Below, piece after piece: positions 52,255-60,631 of a DNA stretch of 64,000 nt. This DNA comes from Bacteroidales bacterium (lineage in GTDB: Bacteria > Bacteroidota > Bacteroidia > Bacteroidales > JAADJA01). The stretch covers positions 76 through 64,075 of the forward strand of contig JAFGBL010000172.1 of NCBI GenBank assembly GCA_016933115.1, read 5' to 3'. A program made the translations under genes and the position numbers. How positions within the stretch are numbered: the stretch's first letter is position 1; each line of letters starts with the position of its first letter. The notes under the pieces are model-generated. The model had not been told where the DNA came from, made no database searches, and saw only the letters and a program-made list of their open reading frames with translations.

Positions 52255-54243
52255 TTATAGTTCCCGTTTTCGCGGTATTGTAATTTTAAATGTTGTTCCT
52301 GTTGCCCCTTTTTCGGGATCAGCATTGGATTGTACCGTCACCTGGCCTTTGTGCATCTTCACAATGCCATAGATCAGCGGAAGGCCCAGGCCGGTTCCTT
52401 TACCCATTTCTTTTGTTGTAAAAAACGGAGTAAACAATTTATCCATATTTTCTTCGGGAATCCCGATACCTGTATCACTCACATCAATTTCAACTGTACT
52501 TCCGTTTCCTGAAAGAGCTACTGTCAATACTCCTCCGGCAGGCATGGCTTCCACGGCATTTTTTTCAAGATTGGTCAAAACCTGCATCATCTGGTCCTGA
52601 TCGAGCTCCAGCAACGGGTTGCTGAGTTCTGAAATAAATTCGATCTTCACACTTTCGGATTTGATCACCGTTTCCAGGCTATGCTTTACAAAAGATTCGA
52701 TGTTGGTTTCCTGCAGTCTCACCTGGTTTTTCCGGGCAAAGTTAAGGAGTCCGCCAACGATGCCCTTGCAGCGGTCGGCCTGTTCAACGATCAGTTGGAG
52801 GTCTTTACGGATCGGACTGTCTTCCGGTGCTTCATCTTTCAGGATGTTGGAATACATGGTGATCACTCCCAGCGGATTATTAAGTTCGTGCGCTATCCCT
52901 GCCGAAAGTTGTCCCATGCTCGCCAGCTTCTCCGATTGTTTAAGTGCCAATTGCGTAGTTGCCAGCTTATCATTCGATTCATTCAGTTCCTCGATGGATT
53001 TATGGAGTTTTTCGATGGTAAAAGGCAGGCACATTTCCGTTTCGGCCAATCCTTCCACAATGGCAATGGCATGATCCACACAGGTTTCATACCCGCAGGC
53101 ACCGCAATTCAGATGATCTTTAAGGGTATATTTTCCCATCTTAAGCAGTGCTTCTTCAATTTTCTTTTCATCGGGCAATGGAATGCGACGGTCGGCTGGT
53201 TTAAAATGCTGGCTCAGATCTACATCACCGAAGGTTTCCACCTGTTGTTGCCACTGCTCATTGTCCAGCCTGTTAAGCTTTTCACGAACATAATTGCTGA
53301 TTTGCGTGCGACGGGTGTACCGTTTTCCACCTTTCGACATACCCGGACCCATGATACACCCCTCGCAGCAAAGCAGTTCCAGGTGATGCGACTGCAACAA
53401 ACCGCTCTCAAACTCCTTTACGGCATCCCTGAAATTAACCCTTCCTTCCGCCACTACAATATTTCCTTCAGCAATATCGTCCGATCGGTTCACCGTTTGC
53501 AACATTCCCCGGCAAACCGGGAAAATAGCGCCTTTCCCGGCAAACGGCGGATCGAATTCCGATTCTTCGGCCTCTTCGGCAACAATACCTTCCGAAGCCA
53601 GCAGGTATCTTAATTCGGTAAATGTTATAGCGGCATCCACTTCGTCCGATTCTGCTTTTTTTGCAATACACGGCCCTATGAAAACCACTTTCAGGTTTTC
53701 GCCGTGTTTCTTCCGCAAAATCCTTGTAATGGCAACCATCGGTGAGGCAACAGGTGCCAGGTAAGGCACCAGCCCCGGATGATATTGCCGGATGTAATAC
53801 ACAATAGCAGGGCAATCGGAGGAGATATGGGGCTTCTCTCCATTCAAATCCATCAGCTTCTCATACTCACGCGCCACCATATCCGCTCCAAAAGCCACTT
53901 CATTCACCAAATCAAACCCTAATGAGCGAATCATGCCCACCAGTTTCTTAAAGTTCTTTATATCCGAAAATTCGGCTGCAAAACTCGGTGCCAGCAAGGC
54001 TGCTACCTTATGCTCCGAAGCCACCAAAGCCTTCACTTCCGGATTTGAGTTGTAATATACTTTCGCACCCTGACTGCATACTTTCACGCAGTTTCCACAT
54101 CCGATACACCGTTCGATCATCACCTCAGCCTGTCCGTTCATGATGCGGATCGCCTTCACCGGGCACTCTCTGACGCAGGTATAGCAAACCTTACACAGAT
54201 CTTTCTGCGTGTAAACGAGGTTGGTATGTGGGGTGTTGGACAT
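52255..54243 (-). CDS. Sensory [FeFe]-hydrogenase-like domain fused to a histidine kinase (group C1-like)
   Basis: Two N-terminal ferredoxin motifs; APSF; H-cluster-like motifs SSDCP, GPCIAKKAE and ELLCCEGCIMGPG; Cx2Cx4Cx16C FeS motif; HisKA (AHELNNP); HATPase (TTKEMGKGTGLGL). Confidence 0.88.
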   Translation of the reverse strand: MSNTPHTNLVYTQKDLCKVCYTCVRECPVKAIRIMNGQAEVMIERCIGCGNCVKVCSQGAKVYYNSNPEVKALVASEHKVAALLAPSFAAEFSDIKNFKKLVGMIRSLGFDLVNEVAFGADMVAREYEKLMDLNGEKPHISSDCPAIVYYIRQYHPGLVPYLAPVASPMVAITRILRKKHGENLKVVFIGPCIAKKAESDEVDAAITFTELRYLLASEGIVAEEAEESEFDPPFAGKGAIFPVCRGMLQTVNRSDDIAEGNIVVAEGRVNFRDAVKEFESGLLQSHHLELLCCEGCIMGPGMSKGGKRYTRRTQISNYVREKLNRLDNEQWQQQVETFGDVDLSQHFKPADRRIPLPDEKKIEEALLKMGKYTLKDHLNCGACGYETCVDHAIAIVEGLAETEMCLPFTIEKLHKSIEELNESNDKLATTQLALKQSEKLASMGQLSAGIAHELNNPLGVITMYSNILKDEAPEDSPIRKDLQLIVEQADRCKGIVGGLLNFARKNQVRLQETNIESFVKHSLETVIKSESVKIEFISELSNPLLELDQDQMMQVLTNLEKNAVEAMPAGGVLTVALSGNGSTVEIDVSDTGIGIPEENMDKLFTPFFTTKEMGKGTGLGLPLIYGIVKMHKGQVTVQSNADPEKGATGTTFKITIPRKREL

Positions 54244-54252
54244 TGTTTTTTT

Positions 54253-54456
54253 GCTCTTAGTTTTTGGCTTTTAGCTATTGGCCTTTATAAGACCACTAAC
54301 CTATGCCCATTTTTATATTTTTTTCAGTATTTATCTTTGATCTAATTTTGTCCCTATTTGCTTAGTGCTTAGTGCTTAGTGCTTAGTGCTTAGTGCTTAC
54401 TGCTTAGTGCTTAGTGCTTACTGCTCCACGCTCCCTGCTCCCAGCTCCACGCACCA
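54253..54456. repeat. Heptamer tandem arrays between hydA and the sensory kinase
   Basis: (TGCTTAS)x9 at 54359-54421, continued in register by five GCTCC-like heptamers to 54456. Five GCTTTTA-like heptamers lie at 54253-54287. Confidence 0.9.
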
Positions 54457-56175
54457 TCACAACGGCACATCCCGCTTCTTATACTCCGTGTGCAACAGGT
54501 CATGACTCTTATGCCCGAGGGGTTCGCCAAGGAATTTTTCATAGAGTTCGATCACTTCCGGATTCTTGTGAGAAACCTTGATGGAATCACGGTCATCAAT
54601 ATCATACAAGGATTTTAACCTTGACATAATTGCACTTTCATCGGCACCGATGTGCTGTCCGCCGCCGGCAATACAGCCGCCCGGACAAGCCATGATCTCG
54701 ATGAAATGAATGTCATTTCTTCCATCCCTGATCTCGTCCAGCAATATTTTTGCATTTTGTAATCCACTCACTACGGCAATTCCCAACTGCAGGTCACCAA
54801 TCCGGATCTGTGTTTCTTTTCTTCCGGTTAATCCACGAACAGCATGAATTTTGAATTCCGTCAGTTCTTTGCCGGTGAGTTTAAAATAGGCTGTGCGCAA
54901 GGCTGCTTCCATCACTCCACCCGAACCGCCGAACAGTTTACCTGCAGAACTGCGGATGCCATGCGGTGAATCGGTCATTTCAGGATCGATGTTGTGCATA
55001 TCCACACCGTAAAGCCTGATCAACTGGGCCAGTTCGCGGGTTGTCATCACGGCATCCACATCCGTGATACCCTGATGGGTCATATCTTCGCGCTGAGCCT
55101 CGAATTTTTTTGCCGTACAAGGCATGATCGACACAGAATAAATATCCTCAGGTTTTGTCGCGATTTTTTCAGCGAAATAAGATTTGATAATAGCTCCCAG
55201 CATTTGCTGCGGTGATTTGCAACTCGAAACATTGGGCAGAAAATCAACAGAAAATTCTTCGGCATATTTTACCCAGGCGGGACAGCAACTGGTGATCAGC
55301 GGCAAAGGTCCGTTATTGGTAATCCGGTGGATCAGTTCAGCCGATTCTTCCATGATCGTGAGGTCAGCCGAAAAACTGGTGTCGAAAACGTAGTCGAATC
55401 CGATCTTTCGCAAAGCGGCGTTCATGATGCCGTTTACATCCCTTCCGGGTTCCATGCCGAATTCTTCAGCCAGTGAAACCGAAATAGCGGGAGCATATTG
55501 AATCACAACCTTTTTGGAAGGATTGTTCAACGCCATCTGGATTTCATTCAAATGACATTTTTCGCTCAAAGCGCCGGTCGGGCAAACCATGATACATTGG
55601 CCGCAATTCACACAACTCGAAGTATTCAATCCTTTGTTGAATGAAGTCCCGATCAGGGTTTTGCTTCCGCGATTAATATAGTCAATGGCCGAAACACCCA
55701 TCACTTCCTCACACACCCTCACACAACGTCCGCAAAGGATACATTTGTCCGGATCGCGGGTAATACTTGGACTTGAAAGATCCTTGTTGAAATTATTTTT
55801 CACACCTGAAACCCTTCGTTCGGTCACATGGTGTTCGACTGCCAGATCCTGCAGGGTACAATTCCCGTTCCGGACACAGTAAAGACAATCATCGGGGTGA
55901 TTTGAAAGCAGCAGTTCCACAATCATCTTTCGGGCCTCAATAACCCGTGTCGTATGCGTTTTGACCTTCATGCCCTCTTCCACCGGATAGGAGCAGGATG
56001 TAACCAACCTCCCCGTATTTTCGTGTTCAACCACACACATCCTGCACGCTCCCGACGGAAAATAATTTTTCATGTGGCAAAGCGTAGGCACCTTGATCCC
56101 GTTGCGATTCATCACATCCAGGATGGTTTCGCCCGCTTTGGCCTCAAATATCTTATTATTGACTTCAATATTCAT
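54457..56175 (-). CDS. hydA: [FeFe]-hydrogenase catalytic subunit, group A3
   Basis: 2Fe-2S, His-ligated 4Fe-4S and 2x4Fe-4S domains; TSCCPAW, MPCTAKKFE and EIMACPGGCIAGGG motifs; SHDLLHT tail. Confidence 0.97.
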   Translation of the reverse strand: MNIEVNNKIFEAKAGETILDVMNRNGIKVPTLCHMKNYFPSGACRMCVVEHENTGRLVTSCSYPVEEGMKVKTHTTRVIEARKMIVELLLSNHPDDCLYCVRNGNCTLQDLAVEHHVTERRVSGVKNNFNKDLSSPSITRDPDKCILCGRCVRVCEEVMGVSAIDYINRGSKTLIGTSFNKGLNTSSCVNCGQCIMVCPTGALSEKCHLNEIQMALNNPSKKVVIQYAPAISVSLAEEFGMEPGRDVNGIMNAALRKIGFDYVFDTSFSADLTIMEESAELIHRITNNGPLPLITSCCPAWVKYAEEFSVDFLPNVSSCKSPQQMLGAIIKSYFAEKIATKPEDIYSVSIMPCTAKKFEAQREDMTHQGITDVDAVMTTRELAQLIRLYGVDMHNIDPEMTDSPHGIRSSAGKLFGGSGGVMEAALRTAYFKLTGKELTEFKIHAVRGLTGRKETQIRIGDLQLGIAVVSGLQNAKILLDEIRDGRNDIHFIEIMACPGGCIAGGGQHIGADESAIMSRLKSLYDIDDRDSIKVSHKNPEVIELYEKFLGEPLGHKSHDLLHTEYKKRDVPL

Positions 56176-56192
56176 TTTCGTACTTTCAAATG

Positions 56193-58145
56193 TTAAGCAA
56201 CCACACTGATCGCATCAAATTTACAGGCTTCTTCGCAGGAACCGCAACCGATGCATTTATCTTCCACGATGAAATGCGGTGCTTTTTTGGTTCCGATGAT
56301 GGCTCCGGTAGGGCATTTTCTTGCACATACCGTGCAACCTGTACATTTATCCACATTTATCCTGAAAGTCCTCAATTCAGTGCAAACTCCCGGCTGACAT
56401 TTCCTTTCGTAGATATGCGATTCGTATTCATCGCGGAACCACTTGATCGTGCTGAGCACCGGGTTTGGAGCTGTTTGTCCGAGTCCGCAAAGCGAAGTTT
56501 CTTTGATCACCTTTCCGAGTTTTTCAAGTTGTATGATCCCTTTGAACCGTTGCAGCGCTTCTTTTTCGCTGTTTCCGTTGGGTTTATGGGTGATGCTTTC
56601 CAAAATCTCAAGCATCCTTCTTGTACCTTCACGACAGGGAATACATTTCCCGCAGCTTTCGCGCTGGATGAAATCCATGAAAAATTTGGCTACATCCACC
56701 ATGCAGGTGTCTTCATCCATCACCACCAGGCCACCGGAACCCATCATGGCTCCAACACTGATCAGTGATTCATAATCAATCTGGATGTCGAGGTTTTGTT
56801 CGGTGATACAGCCGCCCGAAGGACCGCCGATCTGCACCGATTTGAATTTTTTGTTGTTGGGAATTCCACCGGCAATATCAAAAATGATCTCGCGCACCGT
56901 CGTTCCCATCGGGATTTCCACAAGACCCGTCAGGTTGATTTTCCCGGAAAGGGCAAAAACCTTGGTTCCTTTGCTTTTTTCAGTCCCGATTGAAGCAAAC
57001 CATTCTTCTCCACGAGCCAATATTTCCGGCACATTCGACAGGGTTTCCACATTGTTGATGATGGTCGGTTTGCCGAACAATCCGCTGATGGCAGGAAACG
57101 GTGGCCTCGGTCTCGGCATTCCGCGCATTCCTTCGATACTGTGGATCAAAGCCGTTTCTTCACCACAAACAAATGCTCCGGCTCCCATCTTGATAATGAT
57201 GTCGAAACTAAAACCGCTATCGAAAATGTTTTTCCCAAGCAAACCATAATCTCTGGCCAGGTTCAGGGCAATTTTTAACCGTTCGATGGCCAACGGATAT
57301 TCGGCACGGATGTAAACATAGCCTTTGGTAGCGCCGATTCCGTAGGCAGAGATCGCCATGCCTTCGATGAGTCTGTGCGGATCGCCTTCGATCACAGCCC
57401 GATCCATGAATGCTCCCGGATCTCCCTCATCGGCATTGCAAATCAGGTATTTTTGATCGGCTTCGGCGCCATTGGCAAACTTCCATTTTTTCCCGGTTGG
57501 GAACCCTCCGCCGCCACGGCCGCGTAATCCGCTCTTTTCAATCTTGTCGCATACTTCAATGGAAGTATAGGTTTTCAGTGTATCCAGGAAACTTTTGTAG
57601 CCGCCCCTAGCAATGTATTCATTAATATCGATGGGGTCAACAATTCCGCAGTTTTTCAGAACGATCCGCTTTTGCGGTGCAAAAAACGGGTGTTCATCAA
57701 TAAAAGGTACATTCTCCCAGGCTTCCAGTTTTTCGGAACGGAATTGTCCCAGTATGTTCGGATTGGTTGAATCAAGTGAGAAAACGCTCTCAAGGACTTC
57801 ATTCACCTTATCGCCGGTTACATTTTTAAAAGAGATACGGTTTTTCCCCGGAAGCCGCACATCGAGCAGAGGTTCAGCAGCACAAAAACCGATACAGCCC
57901 ACCTTGATCACTTCTACATCCAGCTCATGATCTTCGATGAACCGCTGCGTTTCGAGCCAGGTCTTTTCAGCCCCGGCGCCCAGTCCGCAGGTTCCGGTTC
58001 CGATGAAGATCACCGGTTTGCTGACAATATCACGCCTCAGGTCTGACAATTCCCCGATCACGAACGGATCCACTTCATGAGCCGGGCCGTTCAGCACCTT
58101 TTCGATCAGGAATTCCTTCATATTCATTGTTCTTGCCGTTTCCAT
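56193..58145 (-). CDS. hydB: Diaphorase (NuoF-like) subunit of the trimeric [FeFe]-hydrogenase
   Basis: N-terminal thioredoxin-like Cys domain, GLRGRGGGGFP, NADEGDPGAFMD, CGEETAL, ESCGKCIPCREG and C-terminal 2x4Fe-4S. Confidence 0.95.
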   Translation of the reverse strand: METARTMNMKEFLIEKVLNGPAHEVDPFVIGELSDLRRDIVSKPVIFIGTGTCGLGAGAEKTWLETQRFIEDHELDVEVIKVGCIGFCAAEPLLDVRLPGKNRISFKNVTGDKVNEVLESVFSLDSTNPNILGQFRSEKLEAWENVPFIDEHPFFAPQKRIVLKNCGIVDPIDINEYIARGGYKSFLDTLKTYTSIEVCDKIEKSGLRGRGGGGFPTGKKWKFANGAEADQKYLICNADEGDPGAFMDRAVIEGDPHRLIEGMAISAYGIGATKGYVYIRAEYPLAIERLKIALNLARDYGLLGKNIFDSGFSFDIIIKMGAGAFVCGEETALIHSIEGMRGMPRPRPPFPAISGLFGKPTIINNVETLSNVPEILARGEEWFASIGTEKSKGTKVFALSGKINLTGLVEIPMGTTVREIIFDIAGGIPNNKKFKSVQIGGPSGGCITEQNLDIQIDYESLISVGAMMGSGGLVVMDEDTCMVDVAKFFMDFIQRESCGKCIPCREGTRRMLEILESITHKPNGNSEKEALQRFKGIIQLEKLGKVIKETSLCGLGQTAPNPVLSTIKWFRDEYESHIYERKCQPGVCTELRTFRINVDKCTGCTVCARKCPTGAIIGTKKAPHFIVEDKCIGCGSCEEACKFDAISVVA

Positions 58146-58609
58146 TACACTTCCTTGTTTTTCAGATTTTCGATGATCTCAACCAGCGACTGTTCGGTGA
58201 CCTTTGCATGAAAATTCCCATTGATGTTGATAACGGGAGCCAATCCGCAGGCCCCGATACAAGCCACCACTTCGATGCTGAACATACCGTCGCGGGTCGT
58301 TTGACCTGCCTTTGCTTTGAGTAATTTTTCGAGTTTATCCAGTACGGTTGCCGATCCAAGCACATGACATGCTGTTCCGCGGCACACCTGGATGTGGTAT
58401 TTACCTTTGGGTTCGAACCTGAACTGGTTGTAAAAGGTCGCAACGCCATAGATCTTGCTGGTTGGGATACCCAGCCTCCTACCCACTTCAGCAATCGCAC
58501 GCTGAGAGAGAAACCCTTCATTTTCCTGTATTTCCTGAAGAATGGGTATCAGGCTGTCGCGTTTTGCGTCTCCTCTTGCTTCCAGTATTTCCGCTATCCC
58601 TTTTTTCAT
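58145..58609 (-). CDS. hydC: 2Fe-2S (NuoE-like) subunit of the trimeric [FeFe]-hydrogenase
   Basis: GVATFY, CRGTAC and CIGAC motifs; TAATG overlap with hydB. Confidence 0.95.
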   Translation of the reverse strand: MKKGIAEILEARGDAKRDSLIPILQEIQENEGFLSQRAIAEVGRRLGIPTSKIYGVATFYNQFRFEPKGKYHIQVCRGTACHVLGSATVLDKLEKLLKAKAGQTTRDGMFSIEVVACIGACGLAPVININGNFHAKVTEQSLVEIIENLKNKEV

Positions 58610-58650
58610 TTTTAATGGTTTTTTGTCTTTAACCCCGGGGTTCCGATCCC

Positions 58651-59169
58651 TTAATTTGAGTGGAAACTTACCTTTTTGCCAAGCAGTTCTTTGATCTCGG
58701 GTAAAAGTTTTTTCGAGTCAACGGGCTTTTTCAGGAATCCATCCACCGGCAGCCAGATGGTTTTGCCATCGTCGTTGCGATAATCAATGCCTGCTTTTCC
58801 GCTTACGATATCCTTCATGAGGATCACCTGCAATTCCTTGTATTTGGGATCCTGACGGAATTCACGTGCCATTTCCCTTACACTTTCCTTGGTGGTGGTG
58901 AAAACTTCGATGGAGGTTTGCATCAGAATAGGCATGTTTCTAAAAGCCTGTTCGTTCACCAGCGCTTCAGCCAGTTCGAAACCTTCGTAATGGGTTGTCA
59001 TCATCACGTCGAGGATGGCCAGGTCGGGATGGATTTCACGGGCCAGTTGCAGGCCTTCATCCTTATTGTTTGCCGAAAATACCTCGTAACCTTCATTCTC
59101 AAGAATGGTGCTGATTACATTGATGATATCGATGTCGTCGTCTACGATTAAAATTTTTTGTGTGTTCAT
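58651..59169 (-). CDS. Single-domain response regulator with an internal insertion
   Basis: IVDDD, LDVMM, QT and KKP motifs, with an unusually long segment between QT and KKP. Confidence 0.88.
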   Translation of the reverse strand: MNTQKILIVDDDIDIINVISTILENEGYEVFSANNKDEGLQLAREIHPDLAILDVMMTTHYEGFELAEALVNEQAFRNMPILMQTSIEVFTTTKESVREMAREFRQDPKYKELQVILMKDIVSGKAGIDYRNDDGKTIWLPVDGFLKKPVDSKKLLPEIKELLGKKVSFHSN

Positions 59170-59194
59170 GATACTGTTTTTTCAGGGTTCATAT

Positions 59195-59632
59195 TTAATT
59201 AACTAATGAATGATTATCGAATCTGAGATTCACTGTTTGCAGGCCGGGCGACAGGTAAAACCTTTCTTCCTTGCTGTTCACGATCTCATGCAACAGGTCA
59301 TAATTATCGTTTGATTTTGCGAGATAACCGCTCACACCGGCTGTGATCATTTTATTGATATAACGCTGGTTTTCGAGTGAAGAAAAAGCGATAAACCGGA
59401 TGTTTGGAAATTTCCGGTGGCCGATCAGTGTAGCTTCAAAGCCGCCCATTCCAGTCATAGCCACATCCAGGAAAACGATGTCGGCTTTTTCATTTTCAAG
59501 CAGTTCGAGCAGTTGCAGACCATTTTCCACCTCTCCAATAATTTTAACATTCCCGATGTTGAGAAGAATTCTTTTCAATCCTTCGCGGAAATATTTATTA
59601 TTGTCGGCGATTATGATCTTCTGTTTTTTCAC
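59195..59632 (-). CDS. NarL-type receiver-only protein (no HTH)
   Basis: Similar to the N-terminal half of 59996..60631; FLDVAM retained; GTG start; ends before any HTH. Confidence 0.8.
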   Translation of the reverse strand: MKKQKIIIADNNKYFREGLKRILLNIGNVKIIGEVENGLQLLELLENEKADIVFLDVAMTGMGGFEATLIGHRKFPNIRFIAFSSLENQRYINKMITAGVSGYLAKSNDNYDLLHEIVNSKEERFYLSPGLQTVNLRFDNHSLVN

Positions 59633-59648
59633 TTTATCAATTTTGATC

Positions 59649-59718
59649 CAAAAGTAGCATCTGACCCCCCCCTACACAAGAGCGAAAGACGCAAAGGGAA
59701 AACAGGTGAAAATACCTG
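59649..59718 (-). promoter_or_regulatory. Putative promoter of the hydrogenase operon with an upstream palindrome
   Basis: Minus-strand -7 box TACTTTTG (59649-59656); CTTG 20 bp upstream; palindrome CAGGT-N6-ACCTG at 59703-59718. Confidence 0.5.
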
Positions 59719-59995
59719 AGATGAAATTCCAATTTTCGTTGTTTCAATTAGTTATATGTGATAATTTGTTAATTGTAAAGCTTTGAATGGGTATTGATAA
59801 AATTCCAAAATCCAATAAAAGGGTTGTTGTTATTCAAATAACAGCAAGGGTGAAATTTTGTATTTTATTTGAAAAAAATGAAAATAAATTTTTAGCAGGT
59901 GTTTTACACGGGTGGATGGTTTTGGAGTTTTACGAAGTAATCGGAAAAACCTATTATCCCCGGTCTGTGGCGAACGCGAACCTAACTGGTCAATT

Positions 59996-60631
59996 TTAGT
60001 TCACCAACCCATTCTTTATCGCAAACATCACCAAATTGGGTGCATTTTTAGCGCCGGTCTTTTCAAACAAGCGGGCACGAAAGCCATCCACAGTGCGGCT
60101 GCTGACGCCGAGAAAATTGGCAATCTCAACATTGGAGTAGCCTTTGCAGATCAACTCCAACACTTCCTGTTCGCGGTCGGTAAGGTTAATTGATGTGTCC
60201 TTGTGTTTGGGCTTGAGGTACATATTGACAGAACTCATGAACTCTTCGGAAAAATAACTTTCATCTTCGAGCACAAGGTTTATGGCACGCTCAAGTTCTT
60301 CTGAAGTAGTTTTTTTAAGGAGAAATCCAGATGCGCCCGCTTCGATCATTTTATTGAAATAACTGATCTCCTCGAACATGGTAAGGGCAATGACCTTGAT
60401 TCCGGGATATTTGGCCGACACTTTTTTGGTAGCTTCGATGCCGTCCATCACGGGCATTTTGATGTCCATCAAAATTACATCGGCGGGTTGTTTTTTGAGA
60501 AGTTCGAGCAATTCATTGCCATTGGAGGCTTCCCCAACAACTTTTACAAAATCGATCTCATTAAGAATCGTATACAATCCTTTCCTGAAAATAACGTGGT
60601 CGTCGACGATGATTATTTTAGCTATTTCCAT
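59996..60631 (-). CDS. NarL/FixJ (LuxR-HTH) response regulator
   Basis: VDDH, MDIKMP and LTDREQEVLELICKGYSNVEIA motifs. Confidence 0.95.
   Translation of the reverse strand: MEIAKIIIVDDHVIFRKGLYTILNEIDFVKVVGEASNGNELLELLKKQPADVILMDIKMPVMDGIEATKKVSAKYPGIKVIALTMFEEISYFNKMIEAGASGFLLKKTTSEELERAINLVLEDESYFSEEFMSSVNMYLKPKHKDTSINLTDREQEVLELICKGYSNVEIANFLGVSSRTVDGFRARLFEKTGAKNAPNLVMFAIKNGLVN

Noticed and set aside
52681-53613. 310 aa plus-strand ORF and similar long antisense ORFs across the hyd locus
   Set aside because: Entirely antisense to well-supported genes, with no recognisable motifs.
54359-54456. Regular repeat array considered as a CRISPR
   Set aside because: The units are 7 bp and contiguous with no spacers, and there are no cas genes in the window.
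56193-58609. nuoE/nuoF of respiratory complex I
   Set aside because: Adjacent to hydA, with extra ferredoxin domains and no other nuo genes, so these are hydrogenase subunits.
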